Of a stretch of DNA of 64,000 nucleotides, positions 12,594-23,382 are shown piece after piece. How positions within the stretch are numbered: the stretch's first letter is position 1; every line of letters starts with the position of its first letter. Both the position numbers and the translations under genes were made by a program. The notes below the pieces were generated by a model, which was not told the DNA's origin, did not search any database, and was given only the letters and a program-made list of their open reading frames with translations. The DNA is from Antedon mediterranea. Taxonomy: Eukaryota; Animalia; Echinodermata. Location of the stretch: NCBI RefSeq assembly GCF_964355755.1, contig NC_092670.1, positions 34,026,388-34,090,387 of the forward strand, read 5' to 3'.

Positions 12594-15500
12594 TTAATCA
12601 GCATATAGTGATAAAAAGTATTTTTTAACCTGTTTTTTTATACATTTATTTTGTTTCTTTAAGATAACCGGTTTATTACCACCATTACAAGTGAATTCTT
12701 TCCACAATTTTGGTCCATATATGTGTATAAACTGTTGACTGCAAGTTAGTCTTGTGAAGGGAATTTCGAATTCAGTTTCTGTTCTGAGGTTATGAGTAGG
12801 CCTAATACTGTCACAGTAATTAAAAATATTTAAAATGGGATGTGGTAATTCATTGAATTTTACGTTTGCCATAAATCCTATGACGTTTACTTTGTAAATA
12901 TCATAAACGTTTAATATTTTTAGTTTCTTAAACAGTGGCTCTGAGGCTTGTCTGGATTTAGAGAAGGTAATGCATTTTACAGCTCTCTTTTGGAGTTTTA
13001 GTATTACTTCTAACGTGCTCTTGTATGTATTTCCCCATATTAAGTTACCATACTGAAGGTGAGGTAATACTAAGGTGTTATAAAGACTAATACGGACTTT
13101 ATGAGGAAAGAATTTTCTTACTTTTAAAAGTATACCAATTGCCCTAGACATTTTTTTCCTAATAAGCTGTATGTGATGTTTCCAGGTAAGATTTTTGTTT
13201 AACATTACACCTAGAAATGTCACATTTTCTTTTCTATGTAATAACACATTATTCATTTTTATTTTAAACTGGTTTTTGTCAAAGTTCTTTTGGCTAGTTC
13301 TAAAAACAACGTAATTAGTTTTGCTGACATTCAGTAACAGCTTATTTGCTTTAAGCCATACGTTTATTTTTTCTAGTTCAATATTCATAGTATGGTTTAA
13401 CATTGTAGGGTCATCTCCCCTTGTTATACAAGTTGTGTCGTCAGCAAAACTAATTATATCTATTTTACTACTTGCTCGACTTATATCATTGATGTAAATT
13501 AAAAACAAAAGTGGTCCTAAAACAGAACCCTGTGGCACCCCTATATTGGTGTCTTTTAAACATGATGATCTACCGTTGGCATAAACATATTGTTTGCGGC
13601 CACTTAAATAGTTTCTAAACCACATTAAAACGATGCCTCTTATACCATAATGCGCCAATTTGCTCAACAGAATACTGTGATCGATAATGTCAAACGCTTT
13701 TGACAAATCCATAAAGGTAGTAAGTGCTTATTCCTTTTTTTCAAATGCATTTAATATTTTATGGACCAAGTCGATCATAGCATGAGAAGTTGAGTGTTTG
13801 TTTCTAAATCCATATTGATTGTTGCTTAACACTTTACATTTTGTAAGATAATTGTATAATTGATTATGGATAATCTTTTCAAAAACTTTCGAAAAAATGG
13901 GCAACAGCGATATGGGACGATAGTTTGAGGCCAAATGGCGGTCTCCTTTTTTATGTATGGGAACTACTTTGGAAATTTTCAACTTCCCTGGTATTAGTCC
14001 AGTTTGAAGTGATAAATTAAAAATATATGTCAGCGGCTTTAAAATATTGTATTTTACTTCCTTTACAACTTTAGCTGAAATTTCATCAAATCCGGGGGCT
14101 TTGTTTGAATCGAGAGATTCAATAACTTTTAGTACCTCCTCCTCATCAACATAGCAAAAAAACATTGAGTTGCGTTGTTTGTTTGTGAGGTATTCCGAAT
14201 ATTTTGTCGTAGTAGACTCAATATTGTCTCGAACCTTACAACCTACATTAATAAAATAATCATTAATATGATTTACAACATTTTCGCAACCATGTATAGT
14301 TTCATTGCTATGTGTAAAAGAAGATGGAACTTTAGTTTTTCCTTTATTCGGATCAATTACATCATTTATAACATTCCATGTTTTTTTAATATTACCATTT
14401 GTTTGATTGAAAAGATTTTCATAATACATCTTTTTGGCGATTTTGCACGTGCGTGCAAAAGCTTTTTTAAATTCTTTATACGTATTTTTGTTTTTTACAG
14501 TAGGGTGTTTTATGACCCTTTTATACAGTACATGCTTTCTTTTACTTGACCTTAGTAACCCAAAACTCATCCAGGGCTGCTTGAATTTGTCATACTGTTT
14601 TGATGACTTTACAGTTTTTTTAAGGTGTTTGTTATATAGAAACTTAAAATTATCCAGAAAATCATTATAAGCGATTTCTGGATCAGTCGCTTCATATACT
14701 CCAAGCCACTCTGCACTTAATAAATCACTATTTAGTTTCATAATATTTCTATTGTTAACTATAGGCCTATACGTGTCACATGAGACTGAGGTGCCTTTAT
14801 TCATGTGCGTGTTTACGTGGGAATACGAAGCAGAGTGAGTTATTTGATATACTGGTAAATGGTCGGAAATGTCCGAGATTAGTATACCAGATAGAACTTT
14901 TTCGGAAATTGTATTTGAAAATATGTTGTCAATTAGTGTTACTGACTGATCTTGTATTCTAGTTGGTCTAGATATAGATGGATAAAACGAGTGAGACATC
15001 ATTATCTATATATAAATTTACGTAAGGGCAAAATTCGGTAAATCACGCCTTACTTCTAGAATTTTTACTCGATGGTATATAAAGTTGGTTCGTACTTTTG
15101 GTACTGATTTTAACCACCTGATGTAACCCTGTTTACTAATTAAATTAAGTTAGATAATTAGTTATTGACGATTAAAACGAATTTAGGTTCAACGATTTGC
15201 CCCAAATAGGGGTGTTTTCCGATCGTGGTATACACTGTCTAATGGATGTCCATCTTGAAAAATACCCGCCACAAAAATGCGAGGAGGCTTCGCATTTTCC
15301 TATCTCCTCCTACGATAATTGTTTTTAATAGCTGAAAACCGGTTGAACAGTTCGAGTACAGCATCATAATGTTGAAGACAGGCCGATTTTCTTTAAAAAA
15401 TACTATTTTGATACATTTAATATACGTTTTTACAAATGTATTGATTTGTGATGAATGGAAGATTCCAAATTATTTGGTTTAACCATACAGGTATAGATTT

Positions 15501-17279
15501 AGATTTATGGGCCCCCTTGGAGAATAAACATAAATAGTATTGCAATGCTGTACAATACTGTTAAGGTATTAACCACTTTTGATCGCAATTTGAATCGCAA
15601 ATTTCTTACTGTGAGTGTTGGTACTGTTAGATGTAATATAAAAATATATACAAATAAACTTTATTACTGTGAGTGTGGGTAGGCCCTACTGTTAGATTAT
15701 AAACATATAATATACAAATAAACATTCCAAATTATTTGGTTTAACCATGAGGTATAGATTTAGATTTAGATTTATGGGCCCCCTTGGAGAATAAACATGA
15801 ATAGTATTGCAATGCTGTACAATACTGTTAAGGTATTAACCACTTTTGATCGCAATTTGAATCGCAAATTTCTTACTGTGAGTGTTGGTACTGTTAGATG
15901 TAATATAAAAATATATAAAAATAAACTTTATTACTGTGAGTGTGGGTAGGCCCTACTGTTAGATTATAAACATATAATATACAAATAAATAAACGTTAAT
16001 ACTGACAGTTGCTTCTCAACGTTTGTATTAATTAATAATTTAAAAATATATAAACGTCGTAGTGGTGTATTGTTACATGTACTTTACTATTTCAATCGAC
16101 TATGACAGTGAGAGTTTTAACAAAGTACCGTATTAAATCGTAAATGTTTTACTGTATTTAGTGGTATATTATTTATAGGCCTATAAAACATTAAAAACAA
16201 TATTTCGTTACTGAGTGGATAAGAATATATTTTAAAATGTTTCCTCTTTGTACCTATCTTCTTCCCCCATCCCTCAACCCTTAATGTTACATACAAAACA
16301 CAAATTGGGTTTGTTTAAATGAGTCCAAATAAAAAAATTTGACTCATTTTGTTTCTCTCTCGGAAGTAATTCCCAGGGTGCTAATTTTGGTTGACTACAT
16401 AAATCATTGTGTATATTTATTCGTTTCTGTAAACGACAATGTGTTATAGTCCTGCGGTACGTACATTTGAAATCTCCATTTTTTTCTCGCTGGAAATACT
16501 GTGTATTCGAGAACCATCTGTGGGCACGACCTAGATGGTACGCGAGCGAAGCGAGCGTGCCATCTAGTTTCAATAAAATCATTTACATCACTGCATGTTA
16601 CATGTTTAAGCAGATTGATATTAAAATCTCTCATGATATAACATGGTTTACCTTCTTTGTCTATAGCAGTGAGGACATCTTCAAGTGAATCATTAAAAAC
16701 ATCTATTTTCATGTCTGGTGGTCTGTAGACAGTACCAACAATTGCATTTTTACACTTTTTTTCAATTATCTCAATAAACAGACATTCACAGAAATTAATT
16801 TTCAAATCGGTTCTTGTTTTGACCTCTATAGTATTTGAAATAAACAAGCCAACACCACCTCCTTTTCGATTTTCCCTGTCTAGAGCATGGAAATCGTAGT
16901 TTGGTAAGTATGGTCTAGGTGATGTTTCTTTAAGCCATGTTTCTGATAAGCCAATTACAGTGAATGGGTGTTTAATGCCGTTTAAACAAGTAATTAATTC
17001 ATCTAAGTGTTTGTTAATACTTCTGATATTATAGTGTAAAAATGAGTAGCTGATATTATTTATTTTATTAACCGAGTCATTTAACTGGTCTGTGCTCATA
17101 TACGAGCATGTCTCTATCGTACATATTTTATTGCTAAGACTATGATCAGTTAGTTCATCTTGTTCGTCAAAGTTGTTACATAGAGTAATAGGATTGAATA
17201 ATATATCAGTTTGATTTGATAGATTGTCATTGTTTATACTTGTTGCGCTTTCAGGGTTTGCTTGAGTAGACTTTTCCAT
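12594..17279 (-). pseudogene. LINE ORF2 (endonuclease-reverse transcriptase), ~1040 codons, disrupted by the Helitron at 15005-16567 and one in-frame stop at 13728-13730
   Basis: Removing 15005-16567 restores ...NDFIE-IMMSHSF... in frame; ORFs 13728-15002 and 12594-13712 share a frame. Confidence 0.9.
15005..16567 (+). mobile_element. Non-autonomous Helitron H1 inside the LINE ORF2
   Basis: A|TCTATATATA ... CATCTAG|T with no TSD; internal ~260-bp duplication (~15462-15720 / ~15724-15990). Confidence 0.92.
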
Positions 17280-17419
17280 GTTACTTTGGTTATTTCGGTT
17301 TTAACTTCTGTCTCTTGTACGATGTACTCGGGCGTTGTAACTTGAGGGTTAACTGGACTTTGCATCGAATGTTGCTAGCAAGTAGACTTGTTCCATTTTG
17401 AGATAGGTGATATCCGTCT

Positions 17420-17505
17420 TGGATAATAATATTTGTTTCTTCATCGGAGATTGCTTCAAACTCGGAGGCGAATTCAAAGGCTTTTTTAAGTAGGTCACTG
17501 GTTAT
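17420..17505 (-). mobile_element. PLE1, 5'-most inverted RT fragment
   Basis: Minus strand reads ITSDLLKKAFEFASEFEAISDEETNIIIQ, which joins KKSLLFH at 12428. Confidence 0.8.
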
Positions 17506-17508
17506 TTA

Positions 17509-18609
17509 TGCTAACAAGAAAATAGTCAATTATTTGGATGTAACGTTCGACCTAAGGACAGGGATCTTCCGACCTTTCACTAAGCCTAATAACAAACCAA
17601 CCTACGTGCACCATGACAGCAACCATCTTCCATCTATTATCCGAAACATCCCACTTGCTATAAATAGACGCCTTTCTGACATCTCATCAGACAAAGATAC
17701 ATTTCATGCATCTGCACCCCTATACCAGGAAGTCCTCAAAGAAAGTGGATACAATCATCAACTTGAGTTCAATGCTGAACAGCAGAAGCCCAAAAAATCA
17801 CGTACCAGAAACATAATTTGGTTTAACCCACCATTCGGCAAAAACGTAGCAACCAACATCGGCCACAAGTTTTTAGCTATAGTAGAAGATTGTTTTCCTG
17901 CCGGCAACAAGCTCAGAAAAATTCAAAAAAAAACATTTCGCCAATGAGCTATGCTCGACGCGATTATGAGATCATGTTCCGAATATGAGCACTGTTTCTA
18001 TAATTTACAGTATGATTTATATATAATTTACACAGTGCTACGCAACATCATTGATTTACATATACACAATATTATTTAAAAAACCGTTGCGAATTAAAGT
18101 TGGAATTTATTCACATAATAGTTCATTCCGTAATGTTAAATACAAAAACAGCACAACACTTAGCCAGTATATCTGGAAGCTAAAAGATGATAACATACAG
18201 TATAACATTATATGGCGAATAATAAAGAAGTGTAAACCATATTCCAATGTTAACAAACGGTGTAATCTATGCTTAAAAGAGAAGTATTATATCATATGCA
18301 AGCCTGAAATCTGCTCACTTAACCATAGGAACGAATAGTCAGTGCATGTAGACATAGGAGAAAGTTTCTATTAAGGTATCAGTAATTTAGATAATAGGAA
18401 TTTGGTTAACAATAGACTGTCCAGGAAATAGAGATGTGTTGTACTTGCTAATTAACATACTATTGTAAACAGTTTGCCTTATAACTTCATTATAGCTTTT
18501 TGTATTCACTTGTGACTATCATTCAGAGCCAAGCACCTGAAGATTGAGTTCATACTCATGAAACAGCCTGTAGTGCAATAAAATGTTCAGTTGGTAATTT
18601 ACTAGCGTC

Positions 18610-18612
<3 letters not shown>
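17509..18612 (+). mobile_element. PLE1 3' part: RT thumb, remnant GIY-YIG region and pLTR, ending at (TA)n
   Basis: ANKKIVNYLDVTFDL...YVHHDSNH...IIWFNPPF; later STTLSQYIW...CNLCLKEK...LNHRNE; hammerhead near the 3' end; (TA)n at 18613-18663. Confidence 0.88.
18533..18576 (+). ncRNA. Minimal type I hammerhead ribozyme (PLE1 pLTR)
   Basis: GCAC-CUGAAGA-UUGAG-UUCAUA-CUCAU-GAAACAGCCUGUA-GUGC: stem I GCAC/GUGC, conserved core, near-palindromic short stem III, GUA cleavage triplet. Confidence 0.8.
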
Positions 18613-18661
<49 letters not shown>

Positions 18662-18665
<4 letters not shown>

Positions 18666-19757
18666 ATAATGTTGCGTAGCACTGTGTAAATTATATATAT
18701 AAATCATACTGTAAATTATAGAAACAGTGCTCATATTCGGAACATGATCTCATAATCGCGTCGAGCATAGCTCATTGGCGAAAGTTCCGTATTTTTTAGT
18801 TGTATGAAAAAATGTCTCTGGCTGGATTCGAACCTGCAACCTCTCGTTTACAGGGCGAGTATCATACCACTAGACCACAGAGCCATGTATGGTATTATCA
18901 AAGATTTTCACCCACCAGATACATTCTCTCATACAACTAAAAAATACGGAAGTTTCGGCAATGAGCTATGCTCGATGCGATTATGAGATCATGTTCCGAA
19001 TATGAGCACTGTTTCTATAATTTACAGTATTATTTATATATAATTTACACAGTGCTACGCAACATTATTGATTTACATATACACAATATTATTTAAAAAA
19101 CCGTTGCGAATTAAAGTTGGAATTTATTCTGACTTGTCAAGCCTCCACTGATTGTGAGGGCGTTTGTTGTATGAGAGAATGTATCTGGTGGATGAAAATC
19201 TTTGATAATACCATACATGGCTCTGTGGTCTAGTGGTATGATACTCGCCCTGTAAGCGAGAGGTTGCAGGTTCGAATCCAGCCAGAGACATTTTTTCATA
19301 CAACTAAAAAATACGGAACTTTCGCCAATGAGCTATGCTCGACGCGATTATGAGATCATGTTCCGAATATGAGCACTGTTTCTATAATTTACAGTATGAT
19401 TTATATATAATTTACACAGTGCTACGCAACATCATTGATTTACATATACACAATATTATTTAAAAAACCGTTGCGAATTAAAGTTGGAATTTATTCTGAC
19501 TTGTCAATCCTCCACTGATTGTGAGGGCGTTTGTTGTATGAGAGAATGTATCTGGTGAAAATCTTTGATAATACCATACATGGCTCTGTGGTCTAGTGGT
19601 ATGATACTCGCCTTGTAAGCGAGAGGTTGCAGGTTCGAATCCAGCCAGAGACATTTTTTCATACAACTAAAAAATACGGAACTTTCGCCAATGAGCTATG
19701 CTCGACGCGATTATGAGATCATGTTCCGAATATGAGCACTGTTTCTATAATTTACAG

Positions 19758-19760
<3 letters not shown>
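18662..19760. repeat. Family A array with fold-back: one inverted partial unit (18662-18937), then ~2.3 tRNA-sense units ending in (TA)n
   Basis: Orientation switches at the TCATACAAC microhomology (~18929-18937); (TA)n on both sides. Confidence 0.9.
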
Positions 19761-19799
<39 letters not shown>

Positions 19800-19812
<13 letters not shown>

Positions 19813-20420
19813 AATATTTATTTGGAACAACACTTTTTTAACAGTGGCACACATGCGTAGATGGTGCGTCCATACCAATTACAAAATTCAATACAAAAAC
19901 AATGAAAAATAAAAACTGAAATGAAAATAAAACATATTTGAGATAGACATAAAATTTGACTCGACGCTATTACAAAACTTATTTACAAACTAAAACTACA
20001 CTAATATACAACTACTAATTTTGCAACAGCAATGGAAAAGAAAACGCTTTTTTTTTTAAAATAAAACAGTTCAAATTTCTAATACAATTGCATTTCTTAA
20101 TTTCCAAGCACGGCTTGTGTACATTTTACAATAACTGTCAAATACAGCATAAATGTCGTGAGAGTTATTTTTATGGAATAACGTGCTTCCTAGGACATAT
20201 TGAACCTTAATAGATAGGTCACCAGAAATAAAATTTACCCAAGTATCTACACAATTTATTGCAATAAGTTTATGTTGAAGTGTTTGTAATTCTTCCATTC
20301 TAATACAATGTAACTTATTACAAATAAACAGGAAATGTTTAACATCTTCTTCACCTGACCCACAAACCTTACACTTGTCATTTAGATTATCAATGTTCCA
20401 CTTATTTGTAATTTTTCCAA
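19800..20420 (-). mobile_element. 3' fragment of a non-LTR retrotransposon
   Basis: C-terminal zinc knuckle CKVCGSGEEDVKHFLFIC...AWKLR; AATAAA and (TAT)n tail. Confidence 0.75.
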
Positions 20421-20814
20421 ACATAACAGGCATAGAAATAAATTCAGGCATAGAAATAAATTCCAAACCGCCCGGTGATACACTGAAAATTATTTAATTA
20501 ATTTTTTGAAACGATAAAGATGAGGAAATCTGTGAGAATGAGAAAAAGTCGCCCCAATGAAAATTAATTAATTAATTAAATTTCAGTATATCACCGGGCG
20601 GTTTAGAATTAATGTTCTTTACCTGATTTGTTTATATATATAAAAGTATCTCTTCGGAGATCCCGCCTCATGAATAAAAATACTGTAAGATGAGGGCGTA
20701 TCAATTTGATCTCTGGTGCGCGTGCGTACAACTGAGGACTAGTGCTGTTCCGCCGTACCACGCCGAGAATGTTAAAGAGTCGCTATCCAATTGAGTTCGA
20801 ACAATACCCTGAAA

Positions 20815-20886
20815 GCCCCAGTGGTCTAATGGTTAGGACATCTGCATATCAAGCAGGCGGTCCGAGTTCGTGTCTCGGTTGGGGCG
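20815..20886 (+). tRNA. tRNA-like module of family B (loop ATATCAA, anticodon position AUC, Asp-like); second copy at 21748-21819
   Basis: GCCCCAG-TG-GTCTAATGGTTAGGAC-A-TCTGC-ATATCAA-GCAGG-CGGT-CCGAG-TTCGTGT-CTCGG-TTGGGGC-G: all four stems pair; T5 follows 2 nt later. Confidence 0.72.
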
Positions 20887-20955
20887 ACTTTTTCTCATTC
20901 TCACAGATTTCCTCATTTTTTACGTTTCAAATTAATTAATTAAATTTCAGTATAT

Positions 20956-21621
20956 TGTAATATAATGTTGCGTTGTTGAGGTACTAATGAAAGACTCTAA
21001 CTCGCTTGACTGTCGTAACACATATATTGTTTATTCAGTATAATACTTCAGTACAATATACAACTATAAGTATAGATAAGGAACGGAGGGTCAATGATTG
21101 ATGCTGTCGGTGAGGTGTGAAGTGTGTAGGTCTGCTTCTGGAGAAGTGGCTGTGAGGTGTAGATGTTCTTCTGAAGAAGTGGCTGTGAGGTGTGTGCTCC
21201 GTGAAGTGGCTGTAAGGTGTGTGCTCCGTGAAGTGGCTGTAAGGTGTGTCTGGGCTCTTCTGAAACTTGGGAGTATATTGGCCCTCGGTTCATTTACATA
21301 TGTCACTACGTAATCTTAGAGGTTACTGATTGGTCCTAAGTTGGTCCAGGGGTGTTTAAGTGGGAATGATTGATCTTATCTGGGGAGGTTACAATGATGA
21401 ATTGGCCCTGTCGAATCTCTGCTAAAAACTGTCAATATCTAATTGTTTTACGATGGGAACAGTCCCAAAGTTATTCTTTAGGGATTCTATTATAAACTAA
21501 ATGGTCATTAAAACATCTGGACAAACTCTCCTCTGGACTTTCTGGGTCAAGTTTGTGAACCTATTTGAATTCTGATACAAAGGTCAATTTCTTAAATATA
21601 ACAGTATATCGTTATATTACA
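20956..21621 (-). mobile_element. Solo LTR (Gypsy-type), 666 bp
   Basis: TGTAATATAA...TTATATTACA ends; 4-bp TSD ATAT splits the family B motif CAGTATAT|CACC; AATAAA on the minus strand; internal 27-30 bp tandem repeat at 21110-21250. Confidence 0.85.
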
Positions 21622-21982
21622 ATATCACCGGGCGGTTTAGAATTAATGTTCTTTGCCTGATTTGTGTATATATATATATCCAACCGTACCACGCCGAGAA
21701 TGTTAAAGGGTCGTTATCCGATCGAGTTAAAGAACAATACCATAAAAGCCCCAGTGGTCTAATGGTTAGGGCAACTGCATATCAAGCAGACGGTCCGAGT
21801 TCGAGTCTCGGTTGGGGCGACTTTTTCTCATTCTCCCAGATTTCCTCATCTTTATCGTTTCAAAAATTAATTAAATAATTTTCAGTGTATCACCGGGCGT
21901 TTGGAATTTATTTCTATGCCTGTTGTGTTTATATATATATATATATATATATATATTCTCATTCTCACAGATTTCCTCATCT

Positions 21983-22557
21983 TTTTTATTTATTTATTTA
22001 TTACCATATTTACTGAGGGTAGCCTATCCAGTTCCTAATAGAACTGATCATTCAGGGCCCTCGATAAAACAAACATACAGTACAACACATAAAATATTAA
22101 ATATTCAAATGACATAAAATATATTAAAGGCTTAAAAATTTACAATGATTATATAAAATTCATATAAAAGTTAAAATCGTTGACTGAAAAAAAATATATA
22201 TATATATACATAGAACGAACAATATTAACTGGAAATAAATTGTTTAAGTTCACGTTTAAAGGAAATAACATTTTCAGATTGTCGAATGATTTTAGGAATC
22301 ATATTAAAATACATAGGCGCTTTATAACTGAAACATTGTTTAAAAATCTCTAAAGAAGGTCGAGGAATAAAATAATTACAATTAGAGATTGATCTGGTAG
22401 TAGGCTGAGTCCTGGTTAACATGCGACTGATGTAATCCGGAACGGTATTGATGGAAGCCCGATAGGCGAGACAACCAAGTTGAAACTGATAACGTTGAGA
22501 AACGGATGAGATAGAAATGGTGTTATCAATAAGGTGGGATGGGGTATGAGGGTGAAC
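21983..22557 (-). mobile_element. CR1/L2 3' fragment inserted into a family B unit
   Basis: ...PRPSLEIFKQCFSYKAPMYFNMIP...SFKRELK; (TAAA)n tail; family B sequence resumes exactly on the other side. Confidence 0.75.
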
Positions 22558-23092
22558 TTTATCGTTTCAAATTAATTAATTAAATTTCAGTATATCACCG
22601 GGCGGTTTAGAATTAATGTTCTTTGCCTCTTGTGTTTATATATATATATAAATAAATATATGTATGAAAAAATATATATATATGGCAGCCCCAGCATCTA
22701 GTATCTGTCTCAGACGTATTGGCTTATGCCTCTCCTCTGGTTAAGGTGGGCACTGGACGAGAGACACCCTTGTTGTCTACGACAGAAGTCGGTCATATAA
22801 AAAAATTACGCAAAACTCACTGTACTGGTCCACTTAGGTATAACTACATGTAGTTTCTGTATTCTGGGGTATTAAATGAAAACGATAGGCCTATTAGGGT
22901 AAGTAAGGTCTCTTACTATACTCCTCCTCTTTCTCCTATCAACTGCTCGTCTCATTCAGGTCTAGCAGCATCCTTAGGAGTCATTTTTCTTTATTAATAT
23001 TTTTTTTTGTTATCGACATAATTTTTATTTTCTGTTATCACGGTGAAGTATTGTTTATAAATCATGACTTTGTTCAATTTATTTAATATTAG

Positions 23093-23382
23093 AATCAACT
23101 GGGATTTATACACGTCACGGACAGAACGGTCTGCTGTCGGATATGATGGTCCATAACGAGAAAGTCAACACTGATTTACGAATTGCTCGTGTTGTTAATT
23201 CTCGGTCTGCTATTCGGTGCACCGCCTTCTGCCTTTTGGATCCAGCCTGCGTGTCTATTCGTGTTGATGAAATGGGTACATGTGAGATGTTCAGCCTCGC
23301 TGGGAGCGGTAGTTATATCGGTAATGAAGACCCTAACAAGAAGTACTACGAAAGTAGCAAACATTATCGGGTTACAGTTTAA
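23093..23382 (+). CDS. Probable terminal exon encoding a PAN/Apple-like domain
   Basis: TTAG acceptor, open frame to TAA; SAIRCTAFCLLDPACVSI...GTCEMF matches C-x3-C-x5-C..C. Upstream exons not identified. Confidence 0.6.

Larger units (their letters stand above)
12429..17418 (-). mobile_element. 5'-truncated CR1/L2-group LINE inserted in PLE1 and itself interrupted by a Helitron
   Basis: ORF1 tail DGYHLSQNGTSLLASNI (SGNH esterase block V); ORF2 APE (HYNIRS, SETWL, YRPP, IDNIF, SDHLP) and RT (YRPISLL, DLSKAFD, GVPQGSVLGP, FADDT); 3' AATAAA(TGAAA)n tail. Confidence 0.92.
20421..22650 (+). repeat. Family B array: inverted 3' piece (20421-20557), then tandem units joined by (TA)n, interrupted by a solo LTR and a CR1 fragment
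   Basis: Recurrent ...TTTCAGTATATCACCGGGCGGTTTAGAATTAATGTTC...(TA)n ends at ~20640, ~21670, ~21930 and ~22640. Confidence 0.85.

Noticed and set aside
14175-14962. Plus-strand ORFs
   Set aside because: Antisense shadows of LINE ORF2.
20670-20775. Possible hammerhead in the family B leader (CTGAGGA)
   Set aside because: No properly placed GAAA or stem II, and the motif differs in the 10620 copy.
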